A stretch of 64,000 nucleotides of DNA from Candidatus Thorarchaeota archaeon (GTDB lineage: Archaea; Asgardarchaeota; Thorarchaeia; Thorarchaeales; Thorarchaeaceae), in NCBI GenBank assembly GCA_048884785.1, contig JBHLQM010000001.1:1-64000 (forward strand). The letters are read 5' to 3'. Below the pieces are notes generated by a model. The model had not been told where the DNA came from. It made no database searches and saw only the letters and a list, made by a program, of their open reading frames with translations. Each line of letters begins with the position of its first letter. The stretch's first letter is position 1. Shown here piece by piece: positions 48,901 through 58,361 of this stretch. Both the position numbers and the translations under genes were made by a program.

Positions 48901-49528
48901 CTTCAAAATTGGGGATTATAAGTGGCAATCCTTCTGTAATGTCAGGAGGTGCATCTTGCTCGAATTCTGCCAGTGTGGAATTGATTATCCATCCATCACC
49001 ACGGATTAGGGGAGGATTGACAGGAGGATCGCGGTTTCTAGCAGGATACGCCAGATAGCCAAAGAACAGGCTACACTCCCATGCCGTATGAGGAGAAGGC
49101 TCTGTGACCTGTTCGGAATGACTAAGAGTAAGCGAAATATAGCTTGCATTTCGACCAGGTGTAATCATGCTCTTAGGAACCGTAATAGTGACGAGGAAGG
49201 GCTGTTCTAACATCAGAAAATGTGAAGGTATGGCTCTTGTCCGGCTTGCCAATGAAGTGCCATTAAGATACGTGATATCAAATTCAATCTTGGGTCCAAA
49301 GAGCCACTCAGATTGACCCCCAGTCCATTCATGACTCGTTGAAGGACTGCTTTTTGCCCATGACACAGTATAGGTATCAGGAAAACCTGGCACCTGTGCT
49401 GCGACCGGTGTCAAGACAAAGGATACTGTAGAAATTATCACCAAAAAGCTCAGGAAGACTGAGAAGAATCTCTTATCATACCTAGTATGAACTAAATGAT
49501 TAACCACAATATTCTCTCCCACTCTCAA
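45917..49528 (-). CDS. large secreted, C-terminally anchored surface glycoprotein
   Basis: Signal peptide ending near PVAA-Q, beta/aromatic-rich acidic body, many N-x-S/T sequons, Dx[DN]xDG-like loops (DLDGNN, DLNEDG), C-terminal TM helix followed by RRR. Confidence 0.85.
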   Translation of the reverse strand: MRVGENIVVNHLVHTRYDKRFFSVFLSFLVIISTVSFVLTPVAAQVPGFPDTYTVSWAKSSPSTSHEWTGGQSEWLFGPKIEFDITYLNGTSLASRTRAIPSHFLMLEQPFLVTITVPKSMITPGRNASYISLTLSHSEQVTEPSPHTAWECSLFFGYLAYPARNRDPPVNPPLIRGDGWIINSTLAEFEQDAPPDITEGLPLIIPNFEECEFIETSDNYVVRIQASLNPIFDLAGTYEIYSVVYDTKGMSLGESDIRGHIVLLEPTMEGIGTLSPFIAYLTDMDDQSTPSILPGTDVKIHIDMGSFENYDNVTIFIHPPVDYGWWDNLSLNTQDIDYKKEMIITEGYYRNQTSETWQTGPHPAYSPYGPSLADSRPTRAVKLTYDIEANEFDICEGYYYWVFNSQTLSENFSARLSIELQGESNFYVLNEAMSKVVDGTNIEFVLKIPFLANCSVGNYQFEAVAYTSEGEDVYEMHNYGSTYWIRVWDKGFSVPSLNTVTSVIMKNMMDSSSRWILPGRYYSPIINITGDDAFRNAIRSRITNVTILLEKPRTWQNWHDEDFYYNMASRFRIYLIHNSIEDTTFIEAYNSTILYRIDLETYEETYTYLNEKINASEFAGLGDNQFSVQDDSIAHTLVLAYNLTLKETVPNGLYNWEVLFFNESLSLEYEFDYETVYPNSQRVLIGYVSDYSDMYATEQRWMTDPITRALDLDGNNATTSDRYYVNHIYTSSNSFTTTGEILTVNVTWGSYSMTSVFGEMSYTWHHEWEDLYVWMYAENKSVVSPQVFDKINRTIWDTDGVVIPEYYQLAGLTSNHTWADTVAENSAYDWWSEDRTFKWLVVSFIEDFYTEVNGEYSGVDLSLFFSGILLFEDLNEDGILNVNFEDGIAVAEELTHFFILEETESLVFMTPEPSDSGEIQLALDDTPSWGFTAEGINGTTYPASASGGEVSGVAWWWQDCYGIQSPSGNFTQVPSKVRIDDMSFISHFGISDEVQGDVTTQDLGMVRIKVDESVGDWSIYGQPLSALFNYSLALTFQTTTGLETHTMTTYEGAQISDDATSFKADRFSLSANIPGSSPFATMQMGGYDYTWGKDDGIYTMHSSTVPLSAFALMYSTSEMTDDDTMTVSSCTYIGTYYIMTSCFENWDGYSVATDPQFNVFVVAPPGGLPWSLIFGGAALAIGLPVVGIIVCRRRQYEATTTSA

Positions 49529-49787
49529 CTCGCTAACACATTTACTCGAGAGCGCATATTAATGCAATAGTTTGCTAATTAACTTTCTTTTTTATAGGTT
49601 AAACGAGCGTATGTACATAATGCCAATCTCTTTGATTGTGGTAAGATTCGATATGGAGAATTCTCTGCGTGCTTTACTCATATGAATGGAATTCTATTTG
49701 GATGACTAGCCACTCGCTAATAGGAAGTACATAGTTCTGAATGCAATACTTAACACAGTAGTTAAGGTTGAAAAGACAACTGGCTTG

Positions 49788-50801
49788 TCAACTCTTCATT
49801 GCCTCTTCCTCACGTTTCAGTCGCTCTTTCTCTAGCTCTTTCAAACGCTTCTCTTTTGCATCTTCTACTTTCTTGATTCGCTTATCTACCTCATTTAGGC
49901 GCTTCTCTGCATTCGATAGTTCCTTTTTCCTTCGGTTTTCTGCATTCTTGTATTCCTTATCTGCATCACTGAACTCCTGCTTTGCAAGCTTCAATTCCCG
50001 TTCGATACTCTCTGTGCGAGCTCTCTTGGTTTCAGCAACACCTCGATAGCGGTCGACTTCTTCATCAAGACGTACACGTAATTTATCGAGCTCTTTTTGC
50101 AGCTGTTCGCGTTCAATCTCCATTGCCTTGCGATCTGAATCCATCTGTCGGACTTTCTCATCCCTAGAAGGATCATCCATCTTTACTGAAATGGCAGGTT
50201 TGGGAGGTGGGACGACAGGTTCTTCGATTATTGGTACTTCAGGAGGAGCGAATTCTTCCTCTTCGGGTGGCTCTTCCATCGTTGCCTCAACATCCTCCTC
50301 ATACATAGCGGACTCTGACGTCTCAACAGGAATCTCCTCTTCAGGTTGCTCTTCGATAGATTCAGGTGGCTGAACTACTTCGCTCTTAGCCCGAGCTTCA
50401 GCCTCTTTCACTCTCTCTAGGATTGATTGAACCACTTCCTTACCTTCTTGGTATTCCTTTTGCTGCAGTATCGGAGGTTCTGGTTCTTCTTCTGCAGAAG
50501 TCATTTCGGCTGCTTCAAGAATCTCCGGTTCAGTATCTGCGGTTGCAAGGCTATCAAAAGATACATCTCCTAGGCTAACAGGCTCCTTTTCGCTAATCTC
50601 AATGGGCTCTTCCGGAACTTCCTCCTCGGGCTCTTCTGGTTCTTTTAGGTGTGCTCCCGTAACCACTCTTCCTAGTTCTGGAATTGGTGCAGATGGTTTG
50701 GGCTTGGCCTCTCCAGCCGCCTTTAGCAGAGATGCTCCACATCGGGTACAGTATTTTCGAATCACATCATTTGCTTTCCCACATTCTGGACACGTTCTCA
50801 A
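49788..50801 (-). CDS. N-terminal Zn-ribbon, Glu/Pro-rich disordered linker, C-terminal coiled-coil protein
   Basis: CPECG...CTRCG, EEPE-rich middle region, about 125-aa charged coiled coil. TTG start with GGAG upstream. Confidence 0.8.
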   Translation of the reverse strand: MRTCPECGKANDVIRKYCTRCGASLLKAAGEAKPKPSAPIPELGRVVTGAHLKEPEEPEEEVPEEPIEISEKEPVSLGDVSFDSLATADTEPEILEAAEMTSAEEEPEPPILQQKEYQEGKEVVQSILERVKEAEARAKSEVVQPPESIEEQPEEEIPVETSESAMYEEDVEATMEEPPEEEEFAPPEVPIIEEPVVPPPKPAISVKMDDPSRDEKVRQMDSDRKAMEIEREQLQKELDKLRVRLDEEVDRYRGVAETKRARTESIERELKLAKQEFSDADKEYKNAENRRKKELSNAEKRLNEVDKRIKKVEDAKEKRLKELEKERLKREEEAMKS

Positions 50802-51043
50802 TTCAATTATCTCCTTCGTCCCTGAGTAATGCCATATTTTAGAATCATTATTAGATATACATTTGGCGTATCATATCAAGACCTAGTAGCACGATAGATT
50901 AGCAGCAAAAAGCCGGAAGAATGCTTGGTCCCTCTATGACTGAATCAATTTTCTATGAATAGAGATTGGACAGAAAGATAAAGAAAGAGGTTGTATTTCA
51001 GGTGTATCTGTAAAGAAGCAATTCTGTTTCAGGGGCACTAATA

Positions 51044-51916
51044 ATGAATAATGAAGCACCCATATTAGATCGTAGGTTTGTAGGCAGGGAATATGTGACT
51101 GCCAATCAAGAAGCAAGGGCAGAGGATATGATTCGCTATGCTCGCGCTACAAACGAAAACAATCCGCTATACTACGATATGGATCACGTCAACAATCTGC
51201 TACATCCTCCTCTCTATCCGGTTGTCTTTCTGCCAGATATTTTGCGACAGCTCGTTGATGATGCTGAAGAGATGAATCTTGACATCCTTCGAGTTGTTCA
51301 CGCTGAACAGGAGATGTGGTGGAGGAAGCAAATCCATCCAAATGAGGATATTATTACTCATGCCAAGATTGTAAACATCGAACAACGAGGGTCAAATGAG
51401 ATACTAGAGTTGCACATACGGTGTAATCACGATGATACAACAGCAGTGGAAATGCAGTACCGATTATTGATGCGCGGCAGAGGGAGAGGGAGTAGTGACT
51501 CGCCTCCACAAAGAGAAGAGTCTAGTCATCATCCCGAGATCATATCTCGACACTCAATGAAAGTGGCAGAAGATCAAGGAAAAAGATATGCAGAGGCCTC
51601 TGGAGACCACAATCCAATTCATATCAGTGATGAAATTGCCAAGAGTGTTGGTCTGCCAAGAGCTATTCTTCACGGATTATGCACAATGGCGTTTGCATCT
51701 CAGGCAATAGTTGAGGAGCTATTGGATAGAGACCCTACCCGGCTGAAGTACATGAGCGTACGGTTCTCAAAGCCAGTACTCATGGGCGAAACCTTGACAA
51801 CCGAACTGTTCGATATGAAAACTGACAAAGAAGGAATGTGTACGGTTCATTTTGAAACCAAGAATCCTTCAGGAATCTCAGTACTAACGCGTGGCAAGGC
51901 AGAATTCGCAACATAA
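51044..51916 (+). CDS. MaoC-family (R)-specific enoyl-CoA hydratase, double hot-dog fold
   Basis: YAEASGDHNPIH...ILHGLCT catalytic motif; N-terminal hot-dog domain with VVHAEQE. Confidence 0.9.
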   Translation: MNNEAPILDRRFVGREYVTANQEARAEDMIRYARATNENNPLYYDMDHVNNLLHPPLYPVVFLPDILRQLVDDAEEMNLDILRVVHAEQEMWWRKQIHPNEDIITHAKIVNIEQRGSNEILELHIRCNHDDTTAVEMQYRLLMRGRGRGSSDSPPQREESSHHPEIISRHSMKVAEDQGKRYAEASGDHNPIHISDEIAKSVGLPRAILHGLCTMAFASQAIVEELLDRDPTRLKYMSVRFSKPVLMGETLTTELFDMKTDKEGMCTVHFETKNPSGISVLTRGKAEFAT

Positions 51917-52012
51917 TGCAGCTTCTCTCAATCACGGGAGACCCTGAGAAACCGGTGCCTTTCTGACGTAAAAGTCTGGATTTATATAGACTTCATTTTG
52001 GTAGGTCTGAAT

Positions 52013-53992
52013 ATGACAGAGGAAGGAGTTATCCGCACTCTGAATTGGAGTATCGATTCAGAATCTATACAATCCATTACAGATGATGCAATAGCCAATG
52101 CAAAGAAAGCTCTGGATGAAATTGCCACAACTCCTGAAGGAGACGAGAGTATATCGACTCTGCAGGAGTTTGAAGAGATACTTGCACATGTGAGGGAAGT
52201 AATTTCGCCATTGACCTTTCTGAAGTATGTTTCAACTAATGCGGCACAAAGAGATGCAGCTCATAATGCTGAGCAGGACATCCTGAAGTTCATTAATGAG
52301 GTCTGGAGCATGAAGGCGGTCTACGAAGTGCTTGCTAGAATTGAGGGATTAGAGGAATCTATGGGGCCTGAGGAAAGAAGCCTCCTGACAAAAACCCTTA
52401 GGGATTTTCGACATAGTGGCGCAGCACTTGACGACGATGTGCGAATGGAGTTTCTTGAGATTGCCAATAACATCTCCGTTCGAGAGTCAGATTTCAATAA
52501 GGTCCTAAATGAAATCACTACAAAGGTGAAATGTACAAAGAAAGAGCTTGAAGGAGTTCCTCCTGAAGTATACGAGAGTCTTGAGATGGAGGACGAATCA
52601 TACCTCTGCACTCTCGATTATCCCATTTATGTTCCAATAAGACAATATGCCAAGAATCCAGAAACACGGAGAAGGATGCTGATTGCATTTGAGCAAAGAG
52701 GAGGAAGGGAGAATAGTGAACGCCTTTCTGACACGTTGGCATTGCGAGATAGACAAGCCAAACTTCTGAATCACCCCACTTTCGCCGCATACGAAATCAG
52801 TAGGAAAATGGCGAAGAAACCAGATAGGGTTATTGAATTCTTGGCTGAACTCAGAGAGAAGCTCACTCCCATAGGCAGAAAGGAGATGGATGTCCTAAAA
52901 GAATTGAAAGCCCGGGAGTTGGGACAAAATCCTGAAGACGTGACTCTAGAGCTCCATGATTTATGGTATTATCATGAAATGCTCATGCGAGAGAAATACG
53001 CAGTTGATCAAAATGAAGTTAAGAAATACTTTCCAATGGATCTAGTTGTCAAGGGTGTTCTCGATGTTTATCAAAAAGTTCTGAATCTAGAATTCAGACA
53101 GATAGTTGATGCAAATGTTTGGCATGAAGATGTTACAGCATACGAGGTTTTTGACACAATAACAGGCTCAAAAATGGGGATGTTCTATCTGGACCTATAC
53201 CCGAGAGTTGGGAAGTTCAAACATTATGCTGTTTCAAATATCCTGGAACGTAGGGAAAAGAATGGTATTGTACTCCTGCCAATAACCTCTATGCTGGCGA
53301 ACTTTCAAAAACCTACTCCAAAACAACCTTCACTTCTTACCCATCCAGAGGTAATTACATTCTTTCACGAATTTGGCCACCTAATGCATGTTGTGACAAA
53401 CAAGACTAGATATGCTCGATTTGGCTTAGATGGCGTTCTTCCAGATTTCATAGAAGTGCCGTCTCAGATGCTTGAGAATTGGGCATGGAAAGAAGAAGTA
53501 CTCACGTACGTATCGGGACACTATGAAGATACAGCGAAGAAACTGCCATCAGAACTGCTGAAGAAGATGCTTGAAGCCAAGTTGCTTAATGAAGCCATTT
53601 TTCAGCTCCGGCAAATATTCTTTGGCACCTTGGACATGAGTTATCACACAAATGCCCCTGAAGATACCACCACAGAATATCATAGGTTATTCAAGGAGAT
53701 ACTAGGTTTTTCAATGCCAAAAGAGACCGTTCCTGAAGCGAGTTTTGGGCATCTTATGGGAGGATATCAGGCTGGCTACTATAGCTATCTTTGGTCGAAG
53801 GTCTATGCTGAAGATCTTTTCACTAAATTCGAGGAAGCTGGATTCATGGATGAAAAAACTGGTTTGGAGTACCGTGAGAAAATCCTAGCTCCTGGAGGGA
53901 GCAGAGACCCTGATGAAATGGTTCGCGATTTCCTGGGGCGTGAATCAAATAACGAGGCATTCATGAGAGCTCTTGGGATTACTAAGGAGTAG
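52013..53992 (+). CDS. M3 family oligopeptidase (thimet oligopeptidase/neurolysin-like)
   Basis: FHEFGHLMH zinc motif, DFIEVPSQMLENW, FGHL.GGYQAGYYSYLWS. Confidence 0.95.
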   Translation: MTEEGVIRTLNWSIDSESIQSITDDAIANAKKALDEIATTPEGDESISTLQEFEEILAHVREVISPLTFLKYVSTNAAQRDAAHNAEQDILKFINEVWSMKAVYEVLARIEGLEESMGPEERSLLTKTLRDFRHSGAALDDDVRMEFLEIANNISVRESDFNKVLNEITTKVKCTKKELEGVPPEVYESLEMEDESYLCTLDYPIYVPIRQYAKNPETRRRMLIAFEQRGGRENSERLSDTLALRDRQAKLLNHPTFAAYEISRKMAKKPDRVIEFLAELREKLTPIGRKEMDVLKELKARELGQNPEDVTLELHDLWYYHEMLMREKYAVDQNEVKKYFPMDLVVKGVLDVYQKVLNLEFRQIVDANVWHEDVTAYEVFDTITGSKMGMFYLDLYPRVGKFKHYAVSNILERREKNGIVLLPITSMLANFQKPTPKQPSLLTHPEVITFFHEFGHLMHVVTNKTRYARFGLDGVLPDFIEVPSQMLENWAWKEEVLTYVSGHYEDTAKKLPSELLKKMLEAKLLNEAIFQLRQIFFGTLDMSYHTNAPEDTTTEYHRLFKEILGFSMPKETVPEASFGHLMGGYQAGYYSYLWSKVYAEDLFTKFEEAGFMDEKTGLEYREKILAPGGSRDPDEMVRDFLGRESNNEAFMRALGITKE

Positions 53993-54030
53993 AAGAGCCT
54001 GATGTTTCAAGTCAGAGGTAGGTGTCATAG

Positions 54031-54189
54031 CTAAATTCGCTTGATTCCACCTCTGATTTTTGCCCCACAACTTTTGCACACTGCAGTGAGCGGACCTATC
54101 CAGGTAAGTGTCCTTTCATCGAGACGGACTCCGCATTCATGACATTCACTCGGGACTTGTATTGATAGTATTCCAGTTAAATCTGACAA
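54031..54189 (-). CDS. 52-aa Zn-ribbon protein
   Basis: Not in the ORF track. TTG at 54189: MSDLTGILSIQVPSECHECGVRLDERTLTWIGPLTAVCKSCGAKIRGGIKRI* with two CxxC pairs. Confidence 0.75.
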   Translation of the reverse strand: MSDLTGILSIQVPSECHECGVRLDERTLTWIGPLTAVCKSCGAKIRGGIKRI

Positions 54190-54339
54190 ATCTATTTCCC
54201 TACAGGAAGTGAAAGATATTGATTATAATAAATGAATGAGTTTCCATGAAGCAATCAAGTTACCTTTCGGATAGTTGGCTAGAATTTCAGGAAAGTGAAA
54301 CAGGTTACAATGTTTTAAGGATGAAATTAGCATTCTTGA

Positions 54340-55299
54340 ATGATGAAGAATAAACCAATCGAGTACATCTTTGACTCCTCCTTTGAGGAATTTCAAGAAG
54401 CAGTGGCATCCGAAATTTCATTTAAGGGAGCTGTTTCTTTGGCTCCTCAGCTGCTGGGCGGTTGGTCCTCTCTTAATTTCCTGGGGTATGAAGATGGGAT
54501 TCCCAAATTCGTTGTCAAAATGCCCTCCATATTATATCGGTATGATTATGGGAAGATCTCTTCAATACATGACACACTATCAGAATTCGAGATATGCCCG
54601 GCTATACTGGGCAGAGGGGAAATTGGAATAGAAAAAAGAATTCCCTTTCTTGTCCTTGAGTATATTGAGGGAAAAGTGTGTACACATCCAAAAGAAATCA
54701 ATAAACGCCGATTTAGTCAGTTGAGTCAAACATTAGAAACATTAGGCCAAATCGATATTCCCTCCCTTTACAGGCACGATGGCTCCATTCAATACTTCAA
54801 GTACCTAACAAAGCCATTAATACAAAAGACCAACGATTGGAAGAAGGAGCCACAAACCAGATTTGTGATGTTTCTTGAAAAGTTCCTATCAAATCTCAGT
54901 AGAGTGAAAGACAGCATCAGAAACATTCAGTGGGATTCAGCAACCATTCATGGAGATTTGAGTGAGGGGAATATCGTTTTCCAAAGCAATAAGGCAGTGC
55001 TCTTGGATTTAGAGGAATGCTGCGTCGCAGAGAAGTTCTATGACATCGTATACCTCGCCGCACAATCATTTGATAGTGAGGGAAGTAGATTATATTTTTT
55101 TGAGAGAAAGAAAATCTCAAAGGATCATTGGCAAGAACTTGAGATTATGGCTTTGACTAGCGTCATTTCATGGAGCTTCAGATGGCTCACGGAATGGTAC
55201 CTTGGGCGAATTGAGCCAAATATCGCAGCTCGTGTTGATACTGGAAATGTACTAGATTATATTGAGAAGAAGATGACAAGGTTGTTTGCGTATCTTTGA
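54340..55299 (+). CDS. aminoglycoside/choline kinase-like phosphotransferase (APH family)
   Basis: FVVK, LVLEYIEG, IHGDLSEGNI (Brenner motif), LLDLE. Confidence 0.85.
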   Translation: MMKNKPIEYIFDSSFEEFQEAVASEISFKGAVSLAPQLLGGWSSLNFLGYEDGIPKFVVKMPSILYRYDYGKISSIHDTLSEFEICPAILGRGEIGIEKRIPFLVLEYIEGKVCTHPKEINKRRFSQLSQTLETLGQIDIPSLYRHDGSIQYFKYLTKPLIQKTNDWKKEPQTRFVMFLEKFLSNLSRVKDSIRNIQWDSATIHGDLSEGNIVFQSNKAVLLDLEECCVAEKFYDIVYLAAQSFDSEGSRLYFFERKKISKDHWQELEIMALTSVISWSFRWLTEWYLGRIEPNIAARVDTGNVLDYIEKKMTRLFAYL

Positions 55300-55384
55300 A
55301 ACAATAATCCAGATTGCATTAGATCACTGCTTAAAGGTCAAATACATATTTTAGAAATGCTAGAGACAGTTCCTTTTTATTGCA

Positions 55385-55639
55385 TTGCATGGAACGCAGC
55401 TCATGGAGCCAGGAATGCTTGTCCTATTTGTTGCATTTGGGATGATTATTTTAGTTCTGTTAATTGGTGGGAGAACGAACAATCGAAAACGTGACGATGT
55501 TGAAAACTCATTTTCTCCTCCTTCTGCATTGAAGATGGTGGTTTACGCGCGCCCTGCATGCGCAGAGGCGGTTGGTGTATACAAAACTCATAGTGATCGA
55601 CAGATCTTGAGAAAAGCATCGCCATGCCAAAAAGGATAA
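55385..55639 (+). CDS. putative single-TM small protein
   Basis: One hydrophobic helix followed by basic residues; fills the intergenic gap. Confidence 0.4.
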   Translation: MHGTQLMEPGMLVLFVAFGMIILVLLIGGRTNNRKRDDVENSFSPPSALKMVVYARPACAEAVGVYKTHSDRQILRKASPCQKG

Positions 55640-55642
55640 CAC

Positions 55643-56155
55643 TCACTTGGATCCCGTTCGCCATCGTATCAAAGCTTCGCAGGCATCTTGTCTTCTGCAC
55701 CCATAATAAGTGTAGTCTGGGCAAGAAACACATGGCGAGGTCATATGGGAAGTGATGCGCGGTACCGCCTCACTCTTTCGAAGGCTATCAATTTGCTTCG
55801 TCTTCTCAAGCTGCTCGTAGAGCTGTTCGGACTCAACACTTTCGGGGTATTCCACTCCAAGCCTGCGTAGGACTTCTGGGTCCACAACATCATGACCAAG
55901 CTTATTCAACACCAACGCAAGCTCTGCCCAAAACATGAGAGGAGTCGGATTAAGTGTCACTGCTCGTCGAAGTGCTCGCTCAGCTTCAATGAGCTTCCCG
56001 GCCTTTCTCAGCTGGCATCCTAGTACGAACCAAGTATGAGAGTCATTGGGAAATGCGGCTAAACGCGTCCTAAGATTCTGCTCCATAATATGATCAATTG
56101 AGTTGTGCGGAGGCCTCTGTTCTGATGCGTTTTTATCTGTATCATTTCCCTGCAA
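55643..56155 (-). CDS. TPR-containing protein with C-terminal Cys cluster
   Basis: WFVLG..L...GKL.EAERALRRAVTLNP TPR; CVSC-x6-C-x5-C at the C-terminus. Confidence 0.7.
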   Translation of the reverse strand: MQGNDTDKNASEQRPPHNSIDHIMEQNLRTRLAAFPNDSHTWFVLGCQLRKAGKLIEAERALRRAVTLNPTPLMFWAELALVLNKLGHDVVDPEVLRRLGVEYPESVESEQLYEQLEKTKQIDSLRKSEAVPRITSHMTSPCVSCPDYTYYGCRRQDACEALIRWRTGSK

Positions 56156-56269
56156 GCGTGTGTCCTCCCGGCGGACAAAGCAGACCCATTTCTCTGCACA
56201 TAGAGGAAATAGTATTCCAGTTATATACAGTTGTGGTATGAATCTTTTTCGAAGGTAAACCGCGCCATA

Positions 56270-56521
56270 TCAGATTGCAAACACTTTGTCGTTCTCTCGG
56301 ACTCGATCAGCCACCTTTATGGCTATCTCTTGCCCAGGTCCTGCCTCTGCAATATCCTTTCTGTTCACCTGCATTGAGGCGACTTTTTGTTCAAAGCTTG
56401 TGGTGCCTCCCTCAATGCTTATTGTCTGACCCACTTTAAGGGGATGACTTAGCTTGATGGCTGCAACACCAATTTTACCGAAATATCGAGTGACCACTCC
56501 AATCTGTTTTTTGTCGCTCAT
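56270..56521 (-). CDS. stand-alone EF-Tu domain 2-like beta-barrel protein (translation elongation factor-like)
   Basis: IGVVTRYFGKIGVAAIKL..PLKVG...F.QKV.SMQ...A.PGQEI.IKV..RVRENDKVF. Confidence 0.8.
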   Translation of the reverse strand: MSDKKQIGVVTRYFGKIGVAAIKLSHPLKVGQTISIEGGTTSFEQKVASMQVNRKDIAEAGPGQEIAIKVADRVRENDKVFAI

Positions 56522-56584
56522 GTGCGAACACCTTTAATTTCTATGAGCATTTTGACTCAAAAGGTATATGGCTTCTGATAAATC

Positions 56585-56956
56585 TCACGGGGATGCCCCT
56601 ATCTCACTTATTACAATTCTTGCGGCATTCAGCAACAAAGCCCAAGCCCCAATAGTATCTTCAGCATCCTCGAGAGAACGATGAACCACTACACCTCTAC
56701 CATTCAGGTCATATTCAGCAGTCCAGCCCGACATTGCCGCGATTGTGAATAGATGATGGCAATCACTGTTGGTGTTCGCACTGATACCCATCCTAGGTTT
56801 CCACAGCAAGTTGGAGCTGATGCTCTCGTGGTCAAATCCGGTTCGCACATCAAAAGGGATAATTCCAATTTGGCCAAGCTCTCGTATTATTTCTGAAACT
56901 GCAACCATTCCCTCGGATAGATATCCGTTAGCTTTCAGCTCGTCGGCTTCTGACAA
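56585..56956 (-). CDS. hypothetical protein
   Basis: 123-aa ORF with TTG start and GGAG upstream. Confidence 0.55.
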   Translation of the reverse strand: MSEADELKANGYLSEGMVAVSEIIRELGQIGIIPFDVRTGFDHESISSNLLWKPRMGISANTNSDCHHLFTIAAMSGWTAEYDLNGRGVVVHRSLEDAEDTIGAWALLLNAARIVISEIGASP

Positions 56957-57215
56957 TGCCTTTTCGTCTCCTTCTCTTACTCAACTCACTTCCAAGGTGC
57001 AATCAAACACCTTCATCAGCTACATAGAGAACCAACACAATAGACACTTCTGTTCAAATAGAAGGGAGTTATCCAATAATATAGATAATAATAGAGCATT
57101 TAGGGAACTATATGCAATATTATGAGGTTAATAATGGCTTATAATTGTGAAAATGTGATTTTATAAAGTCGAAAAGCCCACATGCACTTCGGGGTTGGTG
57201 CAGTGAGCCTGCAAT

Positions 57216-58250
57216 CTATACCTGACTCGTTCGAACTGCTGATATTTTGCCGACAAGTCCGGCTACCCAGAGGAGTATAGGACCTGCAAGAAGGCCTCCC
57301 CAGACGAAGAGAGATATCACTCCAAGAACCAGTATTCTGATTGCGGAGGAGGTCTCTAGATTGCCTTCCGAATACCGAAATGCTTTGAAAGCAAAGTAGC
57401 CTGTAAGGACCGGCATGAGACCAAAGAGCATCGTGATTATAATTTGGAAATCAATTGGTACTTGAAGTGCAGCAAGAATCATCTGGAAGAAGATTGAGAT
57501 ACCACTGCCAATAATAAGAAATGAGGCAATTGATCCAAGCCACATCACTGGACTCTTCTTGTTAATTGTGACGAATCGCTTGTTTAGGATTAGTAGAATT
57601 CCGATTGCCACCGTGAGAACTATGGGAGTTAGAATCAGTAGGAGATTTTGTCCCTCCCAGAGGTGAATCGAAATCACGTTTATCGGCACCATTATCCATT
57701 CATCTAATGAGAATTCCTCTCTATAACCCAAGGTAATCGAATACCTACCTCCGGTATTTGGTTCATATACAACAAGATAGTATTCGCCACTCGCCTGAAG
57801 AGTCGTATCGACGTCCAGGACTACTAGGAATGCCGAGGGAGTGAAACCTTCGTAAACCGCAATGGCATCATCTGGGATGAAGAGCGATGCCTCCGAGCCA
57901 GAGGGGATTTCAACATATGATGGCACAGTATCGTTCATACCCAAATCAGGTCCAATCAAGACTACTGTGGGACGGAATGCTGAACTCAAGTACTCCATTG
58001 GTAGATTTAGTGTCATTCGAAGACGCATTCCGTCTGGTGCTTCAAATGAGAAATACTGAGGCTCCTCGTTTTCCTGCAGCTCTGAATAAATCACTAAGGA
58101 TTTCGTAGGATCCATTATTTCGATTGCTGTTTCAGGTGTACTTCCAGGTTCGCCTACAACTGGAACATGTGCTGAAACAAATCCCATAACAAGCAAAGAT
58201 GATATGACAGCTGCTAGGATTACTAAATAGCGGGAGTTCATAAAAACCAC
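57216..58250 (-). CDS. membrane protein with extracellular beta-sandwich (PPC-like) domain and several TM helices
   Basis: Signal peptide (VSA-HVP), GEYYLVVYEP..GGRYSITLG..E.F, C-terminal TM helices. Confidence 0.75.
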   Translation of the reverse strand: MVFMNSRYLVILAAVISSLLVMGFVSAHVPVVGEPGSTPETAIEIMDPTKSLVIYSELQENEEPQYFSFEAPDGMRLRMTLNLPMEYLSSAFRPTVVLIGPDLGMNDTVPSYVEIPSGSEASLFIPDDAIAVYEGFTPSAFLVVLDVDTTLQASGEYYLVVYEPNTGGRYSITLGYREEFSLDEWIMVPINVISIHLWEGQNLLLILTPIVLTVAIGILLILNKRFVTINKKSPVMWLGSIASFLIIGSGISIFFQMILAALQVPIDFQIIITMLFGLMPVLTGYFAFKAFRYSEGNLETSSAIRILVLGVISLFVWGGLLAGPILLWVAGLVGKISAVRTSQV

Positions 58251-58361
58251 GTCACGTATATATAATTAACAATTGTGAATGTCTGTACATATAAGGTATG
58301 CGAAATAGGTCGGCTTGCGTCACCGGTGTGCCTGTTTAGCAGATCTATGATTATCGTTCCT

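Noticed and set aside
54009-54060. SECIS-like hairpin
   Set aside because: No correctly placed AUGA/GA core with apical AA on either strand, and no in-frame TGA-containing gene adjacent.
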